From: Octopus bimaculoides | Lineage: Eukaryota | Direction: 5' to 3' | Length of the DNA stretch: 64,000 bases | Assembly: GCF_001194135.2 (NCBI RefSeq) | Contig: NC_068997.1 | Coordinates: 34,177,131 to 34,241,130, forward strand | Part shown: positions 38,013-48,346 of the stretch, in pieces | How positions within the stretch are numbered: the first letter of the stretch is position 1 | How the letters are laid out: every line of letters starts with the position of its first letter | Program-made: the position numbers and the translations under genes | Notes under the pieces: generated by a model | The model's input: the letters and a program-made list of their open reading frames with translations, nothing else | Told to the model about the DNA's origin: nothing | Database searches by the model: none

Positions 38013-38216
38013 TTCTTTTACTTGTTTCAGTCATTTGACTGTGGCCATGCTGGAGCACCACCTTGACGGGTTCTAGTCGAAGAAATCGATTTCAGGACGT
38101 TCATTTTCTTACGCCAAATACTTATTCTATCAGTTTCTTTTGCCGAACCGTTAAGTTACGGGGACGTAAACACACTAACACTGTTTCTTAAGCGGTGATG
38201 AGGGGACAAACACAAA

Positions 38217-38268
<52 letters not shown>

Positions 38269-38432
38269 CACGACGGGTTTCTTTCAGTTTCCGTCTACCA
38301 AATCCACTCACAAGACTTTGGTTGGTCTGAAGCTATAGAAGACATATGCCTAAGGTGTCACGCAGTGGAACTGAACCCAGAACCATGTGGTTCTGAAACA
38401 AGCTTCTTACCAAATAGCCATGCCTGTGCCTA
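38013..38432 (-). mobile_element. Full-length SINE type B
   Basis: Reverse complement of the family at 37091, with internal (CA)n on the plus strand. Confidence 0.9.
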
Positions 38433-38544
38433 TGTAAATTGCAAGTATATCTATAAATTTGTAACACACGCGCGCGCACACATATGTATCCATACACACA
38501 CATATATATACATATGCATATATACATCTATGTATATATATATA

Positions 38545-38599
<55 letters not shown>

Positions 38600-38684
38600 T
38601 TTTAATAGAATTGAAGGATAAAATTATTATATCAGGTAGTCAGCATGAAATAAAACCTTATAGGTAATTTATATACTAAATTAG

Positions 38685-38724
<40 letters not shown>

Positions 38725-38994
38725 GGGATCAGGATAAAAAAACACTTCTCCTAAATGCTGGAAATAGACGCCAAAGCGAATAACTCCAAAAACTTCACTA
38801 TTAATTGTGTATTGAGTCCAATTTCAGGATTAAAACCATAAAAATGCTTTTTGCTATCATCAGCACAATAAACCTGAATATAAAAACAGATACTTATATA
38901 TACTGGAACAAAGCGAATTCGCACGTCAGCATAAAAATATTTACACATGCGATACCAGCTCAGAGGCCAAAGTTTTCATCGTTCTCGACGCATT

Positions 38995-40058
38995 CTCAGA
39001 AATACAACGATTCCAGCGGTCCTGATAGTTTTGGAATCCGGCCTGGAATTCATTTTCTGTAAGCAAGCCGAGGGCTCTGGATCTTAACACGTTTGTTAAA
39101 ACAGTGACCTTTGAGCTGACCTTTCATCTTGAGGAAGAGATGGAAGTCTGCAGGTAATACATCTGGCGAATAGGGCGAGTGCGCATACGATACCATGTTG
39201 TTTTTGGCGAGAAACTCACGATTAAGGAGAGCTCAACGACAGGACGCATTGTCCATGCGGATGTTAAAAAATAAAAAAAACGATGAGCATGCCCTTGACT
39301 GAGCTGCGGCTCTGTCGTGTGTTCTGCGGTCGTGGAGATGAAGGCTCTTCCATTATGACGACTGCTGCTTCGTCTCAGGGTCGTACCCGTACACTCAACT
39401 CTCGTCACCAGTTATGATCCTCGACATGAAGGATGGGTCATCAGCAGTATGTTGACGGAGATTTGGACAAATTTTGAGCCGATGTTCTTTCTGCTCAGTG
39501 GTCAACAGGTGGGGGACAAACTTGGCAGAGACACGCCGCATGTTCAATTCAGACGTTAGGATTGACTGTACGGACCCATACGACAGACCAACAACATCAG
39601 TAATGTCATTGATTGTCCTCCGACGATCCTCATGCACAACGTAATGAATTTTCTCCACGTTTCCGGGAGTGACACTCGTGGCAGGTCTTCCAGATCGCTC
39701 ATCGTCTCACAGGGACGTTATTCCGTTTCTGAAGCGCCTGTACCACATGAGACATTTGGTACGTCACCATAAGCTTGCCGAAGCATGCTCAATGTCTCTG
39801 TAGCAGACTTCCCAAATTTAACGCAGAATTTTACGATGGCTCTTTGTTCCTACTTCCTGCCCATGACAATATCGCAGACTACAGCATGCACATGATCACA
39901 AAATCAGAAATTTCACAACTTGCAAAGTAAATACAGCGATGTCACTCGACACACTGCCTCATGAAGGTTACTTCAAGCTCTCACTGCGCATGCGACCGTG
40001 TTCTGCTATCTGTTGGCACGCTACAGAACTAGTCTGGGAACGTTTTGATACCACCTTG
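38995..40058 (-). mobile_element. Mariner (DD34D-type) transposon, decayed, with 5' TIR
   Basis: TIR CAAGGTGGTATCAAAACGTTCCCAGACT; MRRVSAKFVPHLL; RIITGDES; HSPYSPDVLPADFHLF; DRWNRCI. No 3' TIR seen. Confidence 0.9.
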
Positions 40059-40065
40059 TGTGTGT

Positions 40066-40107
<42 letters not shown>

Positions 40108-40268
40108 ATTATCAACCACATATACTTAACGTAAGCAGGCTGAGTATCTGAGTATTTCCCGGTACGTCGCCCAGTAACGCCGTGTGTTAAACCCCTCAAA
40201 ACACCGAGTGTTGAAACACATGGAAGTCATGGATAAGTGAAATAACTCACCCCTAATCTCACCTCGGA

Positions 40269-40315
40269 GTGATGGACGTCGATGTTTCGCCATTATTTTG
40301 GCTTATCACCATCAC
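40269..40315 (-). ncRNA. Degenerate minimal type-I hammerhead ribozyme fold (Penelope-type)
   Basis: GTGATG | GTGATAA | GCCA-aaataa-TGGC | GAAA | C-atcgac-G | TC | CATCAC. Stems I (6 bp) and II (4 bp) are perfect; the core differs from CUGAUGA at two positions. Confidence 0.6.
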
Positions 40316-40414
40316 GTACCTGAACGGAATCGGTGGTGAATAATAGCGTCAGTGCATGACATATGCATATGGCGTGCAGCTTATATAAATATAATAGTTC
40401 TTTTTTTTTTAATA

Positions 40415-40492
40415 TCGATTGGCTATGAGGGTCCACCTGAGTAAAATAGGAATCAAAGGGGTCCATAGGCAAAAAATGGTTGAGAACCACTA
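40415..40492. mobile_element. Single end of a hAT-type MITE
   Basis: Reverse complement TAGTGGTTCTCAACC resembles the CAGTGGTTCTCAAC termini of MER5/Charlie-like elements. No partner end seen. Confidence 0.55.
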
Positions 40493-40899
40493 ACGTAGAC
40501 GGCGCCATTGGTCAGGTTCAAACTAGTGAATAGCCAGGTCTCATCACTCCCATGCCGAAAGTTGCGTGGAAAAAAGAACAAATAAAATAGAGTGAACGTC
40601 TTAATAATTGTAGACACCCAAGAAGGAAGGGGAAGGGAATAATTCAACACATGCATACGCATCCACATATCTACATATGTACGCACACACGTACACACAT
40701 ACACACTTGTTACCTTTGCACTTTCTGTTCATAAAGACCAAGATTATCAAAGGGTAATCAAGCATAAAGAGACGGGATTGTCAAAAGGTAAAATAAATAA
40801 AATAAAAAGTAACATATAAATAAATCATAAATCAATTTGAAATGATGCTAACCAGAGACAGCTGTGGTAATAAAAGCCAAAACGGATGTTGGTGGTCAC

Positions 40900-41077
40900 C
40901 ATATCCTTTTTACTATGGGCACCAGGACTGAAATTTTGAAGCAGAGAGTCGATTATATCGACTCCAGTTTTGGACTGGCACATGTTTCATCAGCGGAATT
41001 GAACTCAGAACATAAAGATAGACGAAATGACGTTAAGCATTTCGTCCGACTCACTAACGATCTGGCAGCTCGCTGCT

Positions 41078-41080
<3 letters not shown>
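40900..41080 (-). mobile_element. SINE type A with internal deletion
   Basis: Minus head AAAGCAGCGAGCTGCCAGATCGTTAG; B box GAGTTCAATTCC. Confidence 0.8.
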
Positions 41081-41145
<65 letters not shown>

Positions 41146-41157
41146 CCTTTCTACTAT

Positions 41158-41547
41158 GTTGTTGTTGTTGGCACTCCGTCGCTTACGACGTCGAGGGTTC
41201 CAGTTGATCCGATCAACTGAACAGCCTGCTCGTGAAATTAACGTGCAAGTGGCTGAGCGCTCCACAGACACGTGTACCCTTAACGTAGTTCTTGGGGATA
41301 TTCAGCGTGACACAGTGTGACAAGGCCGACCCTTTGAATTACAGGCACAAAAGAAACAAGAAGAAAGAGTGAGAGAAAGTTGTGGTGAAAGAGTACAGCA
41401 GGGTTCGGCACCATCCCCTGCCGGAGCCTCCTGGAGCTTTAGGTGTTTTCGCTCAATAAACACTCACAACGCCCGGTCTGGGAATCGAAACTGCGATCCT
41501 ATGACCGCGAGTCCGCTGCCCTAACCACTGGGCCATTGCGCCTCCAC
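41158..41547 (-). mobile_element. Full-length tRNA-Arg-like SINE type C with 12-bp TSD
   Basis: Head GGAGGCGCAATGGCCCAGTGGTTAGGGCAGCGGACTCGCGGTC..TTTCGATTCCC; (CAA)n tail; CCTTTCTACTAT at 41146-41157 and 41548-41559. Confidence 0.92.
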
Positions 41548-41582
41548 CCTTTCTACTATAGGCACATAATAATCCTTTCTAC

Positions 41583-41618
<36 letters not shown>

Positions 41619-41829
41619 CCTTTCTACTATATTACTACTGAAATTTGTGGGAATAGGGCCAGTTGATTAGATCGACCCAAGTACGCAACTGGTACTTAAT
41701 TCATCGACCCCGAAAGGATGAACGGCAAAATCGACCACGACGGAATTTGAACTTAGAATGTAAAAACAGACGAAATACCGCCAAGGATTTCGCCCGGTGT
41801 ACTAACAATTCTGCTAGCTCACCGCCCTT
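41619..41829 (-). mobile_element. Full-length SINE type A
   Basis: Minus head GGGCGGTGAGCTAGCAGAATTGTTAG; (AAT)n on both sides. Confidence 0.9.
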
Positions 41830-41883
<54 letters not shown>

Positions 41884-41932
41884 GTTTCAATTTTTGGCGC
41901 AAGGCCAGCAATTTCGGGGGCAAGGGTAAGTC

Positions 41933-43015
41933 TTTGTGGTCTGTGTCACTACATATCGAAATCTTTAAAAAATACTTTAACGTAGCATATAGATGTAAAT
42001 TGTGACGCTGAATCCGAATTTGCTATCCATCTATTCCAGAAAAAAATTGCGAAAATGGTACAGATGTTCAAAGTTTGATACACGAGTAAATTAAATATTT
42101 AAAAGCTACGACCAAGTTAACTGGAGTTGCTAGAAATAACAGTCAAAGCATTAAAATAGACACGAACAAAGTAAACAGTGAAAAACATCAAAACATATGC
42201 GAGCAAATTAAATATTTAAAGGATACGAGAAAAACTAATTGCTGTTGCTAGAAATAACAGTCAAAACATTATTTAAAACAGACATTTATTGCAACGAATG
42301 TTTGCAATACACTCTAGGATATTATAAAATAAATTAACTTTCTCATGTCTCTTCTTTACATAAATTCGCAAATATACAAGTCAATCATGGAATGATGTGT
42401 CCCACATCGGCGTTCGTTTCCACGCTTTAAAGACGCCCATGTACTCTCAATTTGTTGGGTGTGTGTCCCATCTTTTGAATTTATAAATTCAATGCTATGG
42501 TTCACAGTTTGAAATCATAGAAATCGATTTCTGGGATATGATTATAAGCTCGCCACAGGTCACTGAAGATAGTGGTTCCCTGAAGAAATGAGTATCGTAT
42601 GCAGTCCTCTAGTGTTTCGAGGTTACGATCTAGTACAGCGTTAAGGGAAACGTCTCTCGTCTCGCGACATATTCCTCCAAAGATCCACTGTTCAGGTAAC
42701 ATTCTCCCTCGGTTGTACTTGTGTTTTGTGTACACTGTTTCTTCTATCTCAACGATATTTTCGAGACCACCTATCTAAGCTGGGTTGCAGAGCAGGTCCT
42801 CTGCACACAACTCACGGTGATGTGTAAATATTCGCTTGTGATTGACTAAAGTACCCAAATTTTGCAAATTTTAAAGGTTAATAACTTTTTAATTATAAAT
42901 GCAAAGGGAAAATGATTTTCGTTTTCATAATTAGTATGCAAAACTTAATCCATGCACCAAATTTGAAAACAATTGGAACAGGATTGGAGATAGTGATTCA
43001 AACCACAAAAATCCC
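41933..43015 (-). mobile_element. Merlin (IS1595-like) DNA transposon remnant inserted in a SINE type A
   Basis: IVEIEETVYTKHKYNRGRMLPEQWIFGGICRET..TTIFSDLWRAYN..NHSIEF..HTQQIESTWASLK. Imperfect TIRs TTTGTGGTCTGTGTCACTA / TAGTGATTCAAACCACAAA. SINE halves lie at 41884-41932 and 43016-43152. Confidence 0.85.
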
Positions 43016-43150
43016 TCAGTTAAATCGAACTGCTACTTATTTTATCCGTCCCAGAGGGATGAACGGCAAAGTCGACCTCGGTGGAATTTAAACTCAGAAA
43101 GATCGTAATGCCGTTAAACATTTTGTCTGCATGCTCACGATTCTATCAGC

Positions 43151-43216
<66 letters not shown>

Positions 43217-43219
<3 letters not shown>

Positions 43220-43915
43220 CAACATATCATGAAAGAAAGAAAAGATTGATAAATATGGAGACCTGAGAATTGAGATCGCCAAGATGTGGCAGCTACGAGA
43301 GTCAAAAATAAAGGTTGTCCCTATTGTCAGCAGAGCATTGGGTTCAATACCGCCCAACTGAAGAAACATCTGGAAACTTTAGAAAAAACAACAGAAAAAC
43401 GATGGTACAGGCACACCTCAGAAAAGGTCACAGAAAATGAGAAAGCAACCATACTCTGGATATGCCAACATACACAGATAGAGAAATTAAGACCAATAGG
43501 CCGGGAATAGTTGTCAGATATCACAAAAAACGAAAATGCTTTCTAATTGATGTATCAACAGCTACAGATGACAATATTTCTCTAAAAGAAACGGAGAAAC
43601 TTCCAAAATAACAAACATCTGGGAATAGAGGCAACTCGAATGTGGAGCCTAAAATCAGAAACAATTCCTATTACAGTATGCGCATTAGGTGTGATAAACA
43701 CAGATTCAGACAAATACATAACAAAAACACCAGGACGTACGAGTATATATAACATACAGAAAATAACACTACTAGGCACCGCACATATGCTACGAAAAAC
43801 AATTTCAACACAGTGAAAATAAGAACACCACAACAAACCACAACACATACCCATGACACACAGAGCTGCGCTCGGTAGTACAGTGAATGCACGTTATAAA
43901 AATAAGGCTACTGAA
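43217..43915 (+). mobile_element. Chimera of two R4/Dong-like RLE fragments ending in the family A 3' UTR
   Basis: First piece DKYGDLRIEIAKMWQL..IKVVPIV; second piece TTEKRWYRHT..LIDVS..RKTIST and UTR ending CTACTGAA; (AAT)n on both sides. Confidence 0.85.
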
Positions 43916-43917
43916 TG

Positions 43918-43974
<57 letters not shown>

Positions 43975-44012
43975 GTAATAATAATAATAATAGTAATAAT
44001 CATAATAATAAT

Positions 44013-45065
44013 TGTGCTATAAGACCTCCACAATAGCAATGTAAGTTACTTATCAACTGCAAAGGCCTAAATGCTGCGGCTTGTGTACAAAAAGAAAAAC
44101 AGTAAAATGCCACATTCTATTCCCAAGGAAGCTTGCATATTTGCAAGGGAACTTGGCATTAACCCAGAATTAGATGAAAAACCTGAAACTACTGCGCCCA
44201 ATCTAATAAAACCGATCAATTAAATTGCAAGAAAGAACGATCAGAAACAAATTGAGGAGCGATGGAGCCAGAAACCCCTTCAATGACAGTATATTCTTCG
44301 ACGTCGAAATGTTGATGTAGACCAAATATCAAACACATCAGTGGTTGAGAAGTTCAGGGCTGAAAGCAAAGACTAAAAGTTTCATATTGGCAGCACAAGA
44401 TCAAAGCTTGTTTACCAGAAACTACCTACGATAAGGTAGGACAGTATTTACATTGGAAAATATCTAAACACTACAAAATCGGCACTCTTGCTTACTGGTA
44501 CGTGACATCATCCTGAGCCAGTCGTTGATGGTAAAAATGTTACTATCCTATGGGATTTTCTAGTCGACACCGATAGAACGATCCGGGCTATTGGACCAGA
44601 CGTAATTATTGAAGACAGGGAAGAAAATACTTGCAGACTAATAGATGTAAGTGTTCCGACTGATAAAAATATGTCTGCAAAAGAATTTGACAATTTAATT
44701 AAATATAAGGACCTGAGAATTGAAATACAAATAATGTCGCATCTTAAAACAAGAACTGTTCCTATTATTGTAGGTGCTCTAGGTATGATAAAAATGGGAT
44801 GTCAGAAACGTCTACTCGATATCCCGGTAGAACCATCTCTCAGAGAAATCCAAAAGGTTGTACTAGTGTACAACCCATATCTTTAGAAATATCCTTTCAA
44901 TTTAAAAGTCTGTGTTGTATTACATGAAGATATTTCACTATTGCCCCTGTCACTTCCCATCCACAAGCTTTCAGTCATACTGTAACATCTCTTATCCTTT
45001 ACTCACTCTAGGGCGCTGGGTGTTCCTCGGCAAGTGATTGTAAAACATATATGCAGATTAAAAGT
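44013..45065 (+). mobile_element. Decayed 3' part of an R4/Dong-like element, distinct 3' UTR
   Basis: AAQDQSLFTRNY; LWDFLVDTDRTIRA; KYKDLRIEI..VPIIVGALGMI; (AAC/AAT)n tail. Confidence 0.82.
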
Positions 45066-45129
45066 AAATAACAATAACAACAACAACAATAATAATTTAA
45101 GCAAATAAATGGTAGAGAACGAAGTACTG

Positions 45130-45430
45130 AAGATAGGAAAAATTTGCAGAGGACGCTAGAAAGTTCTGGAGTAATATTTGGAATAAGCCAGTCAATCATA
45201 ATGGAGATGCAATATGGTTAAAGAAAGTGAGGGAAGAAATAGTGAGTGAGAAGCATCCAGATCTAAGACTAACTAGTGCATTAATGCGTAAAATGTAAAT
45301 GAAAATGCCCAAGACCAGATTTAGTCGAAGAATACTGGCTAAAGAAGCTGCATCTATTTGCAATGGATGCGTGAATGTAATTTCAGTCCAGGTATGGATT
45401 TTGCTATGAAGTGGCAAAAGAGACAGTCAT
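45130..45430 (+). mobile_element. Short internal R4/Dong-like fragment
   Basis: ARKFWSNIWNKPVNHNGDAIWLKKVREE. Confidence 0.7.
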
Positions 45431-45469
45431 GATTTTTATTTTGCCTGGTATTGGGCAAGTGTGTCTGTT

Positions 45470-45770
45470 GGTTGCGGAATATAATTCTTCTATTGTTTTT
45501 TTTTCTTCAACTCAAATTGTTTGGAGGCATCGTGACGTATTTTACACCATGCAGATTGATCTCGGTAATGACTTTCCCAAGATGTCAGGTTAAGCTGTAG
45601 AGATTTTAGTGATTGCTTCAACTTATCTTTATACTTAAGGAGAGGTCTTCCTTTGCCGCAATATTCCCACCCCCCATTTGTTGGCCATTTGTTAGCTAAA
45701 AGCTTGAGATGTCCATACGTTTCTGCTAAAACTTTATTTTAGCTATGCTCTATCCAACCTGTCTCCGCTC

Positions 45771-45825
<55 letters not shown>

Positions 45826-46000
45826 TACGCTTTCATAAGTACAGACGACTTCCAGGATTTTTATTTAACGCCCAAAATATGTGTAAGCTCGTTTCTGAAA
45901 TTTCAAACTTTGAGACAGCTCTCTCTGTAATTCGAAAGTTCGAGATGTTTGTAAACAAATTTCTATATGCTTGCTAAACCATTGCGATGTTCATATATTT
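45470..46000 (-). mobile_element. Decayed RTE-clade LINE C-terminal fragment interrupted by (CT)n
   Basis: GRPLLKYKDKLKQSLKSLQLNLTSWE..DQSAW matches the RTE GRP..RYKD..K..LK....WE..A.DR..WR pattern; LTHILGVK lies upstream. Confidence 0.7.
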
Positions 46001-46864
46001 CTATATCTTGGCTACGCTGAGATATTTATAGATTTCTATTGTTTTGCTAAAACTTTATCTTATTATGCTCTGTTCAACCTGTCTCCACTCCTTTCCAAAA
46101 TCCCTACACACCCGCTTCCTATTCACCGTCAGATCTGTCAACCATTCGACCAATCATACAGCCTGTATTACAAGACCCAACACCCCCACTCTCTAATGTA
46201 ATGTCACAGCAAGATCAGCAGCTAAACCAACAGGCTTAAATTTGTCCTCATTTATTGTTTCACAGACTGAAACCTATCATCTCTCTATAGCAACAACAAC
46301 ACCCCAACAAATGTTTGGAAGATGGCCTGAACAAGGCAACAGTAAGTATTTGTCAGTGTTAGTGCTAGCAATAGCACTAACAATGACAATAATATATAAT
46401 AGGTAAAAGTGGTTCAAATGGGAAAAAAAGAAGTAATTGTGATACAATGACAACTTGCCAAAATAGGGAATAATCAACATTAACATGTGATGCAGTGCAG
46501 CTGTAACTTGGTCGGGCCGTCGGTGACTAGACTGGCAACTCCACTCAGCTTGCTTGGCTAGCAGGGTGAAATACTGATTTTTGAATATCATGCAGGATGA
46601 AAAACAAAATCCGGCAAAGGGCAGAGGAACTCAGAAGAGTCAATGACCATCCAAAAACGGATGGACAGATCTCGTTAGCCTCGGTCGGCAATCTGTCTAG
46701 GAGAAGGAACAAGCTGATTAAAAAACTGGGGTCTCGATAGAGCTCCTTAATCATCTGGTGACAACCTGTCAGTGCTTATGCAACTAGATGGCCTTTTCCT
46801 CAAGTGGCATCAATATGCAGCGGAGTCTAGACTACCTGGACGAGAGAGTGGAATGGGCAACACA

Positions 46865-46940
<76 letters not shown>

Positions 46941-46955
46941 TTATAATAATAATAA

Positions 46956-47296
46956 AAAATATTTGTCATAGGTGCCCTAGGAATGATAGCAAAAGGGGCT
47001 GATTGCTACTTAGCTCAGATACCAGGAAACCCCTAAATGGCAGAAATTCAAAAGATAGTGCTCATGGGAACTGCCCATACCCTATTCAAAATACTTTCTA
47101 TGTAATCTCAAGTTTTAAAACAAACACATAATTTTCTTATGGCCTCTTAAACATTCTCTAGAACAACACTATGTACAAATCGAAATATATGGCACCCTAG
47201 GCATAACACCAACATGAACTTCTAACTTGTCTCTTGAGGTCTCTGCGTGAGACTTGGAGCCAACTTGTACAAATGCAAAGCAAAAGTCAAACATAA
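46956..47296 (+). mobile_element. 3' end of an R4/Dong-like element, distinct 3' UTR
   Basis: VIGALGMIAKG..EIQKIVLMGTAH..ILSM*; (AAT)n on both sides. Confidence 0.85.
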
Positions 47297-47340
<44 letters not shown>

Positions 47341-48093
47341 NNNNNNNNNNNNNNNNNNNNNNNNNNNNNNNNNNNNNNNNNNNNNNNNNNNNNNNNNNNN
47401 NNNNNNNNNNNNNNNNNNNNNNNNNNNNNNNNNNNNNNNNNNNNNNNNNNNNNNNNNNNNNNNNNNNNNNNNNNNNNNNNNNNNNNNNNNNNNNNNNNNN
47501 NNNNNNNNNNNNNNNNNNNNNNNNNNNNNNNNNNNNNNNNNNNNNNNNNNNNNNNNNNNNNNNNNNNNNNNNNNNNNNNNNNNNNNNNNNNNNNNNNNNN
47601 NNNNNNNNNNNNNNNNNNNNNNNNNNNNNNNNNNNNNNNNNNNNNNNNNNNNNNNNNNNNNNNNNNNNNNNNNNNNNNNNNNNNNNNNNNNNNNNNNNNN
47701 NNNNNNNNNNNNNNNNNNNNNNNNNNNNNNNNNNNNNNNNNNNNNNNNNNNNNNNNNNNNNNNNNNNNNNNNNNNNNNNNNNNNNNNNNNNNNNNNNNNN
47801 NNNNNNNNNNNNNNNNNNNNNNNNNNNNNNNNNNNNNNNNNNNNNNNNNNNNNNNNNNNNNNNNNNNNNNNNNNNNNNNNNNNNNNNNNNNNNNNNNNNN
47901 NNNNNNNNNNNNNNNNNNNNNNNNNNNNNNNNNNNNNNNNNNNNNNNNNNNNNNNNNNNNNNNNNNNNNNNNNNNNNNNNNNNNNNNNNNNNNNNNNNNN
48001 NNNNNNNNNNNNNNNNNNNNNNNNNNNNNNNNNNNNNNNNNNNNNNNNNNNNNNNNNNNNNNNNNNNNNNNNNNNNNNNNNNNNNNNNNNNNN

Positions 48094-48282
48094 TACCAGG
48101 ACTTACAAATATATATAACATACAGAAAATTGCACTACTGGGTACTGCACACATTCTACGCAAAACACTTTCAATACAGTAAACATAAGAGCACCACAGC
48201 AAACCACAGCACATACCCAAGGCGCACAGAGCTGCGCTCGGTAGTGAAGTGAAAGCACGTTATAAAAATAAACCTACTGAAC
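48094..48282 (+). mobile_element. 3' end of R4/Dong-like family A
   Basis: PGLTNIYNIQKIALLGTAHILRKTLSIQ* and the family A UTR, then (AAT)n. Confidence 0.9.

Positions 48283-48344
<62 letters not shown>

Positions 48345-48346
<2 letters not shown>

Noticed and set aside
41470-41547. tRNA-Arg gene
   Set aside because: The tRNA-like head continues into a SINE body with a tail and TSD, and the acceptor stem is incomplete.
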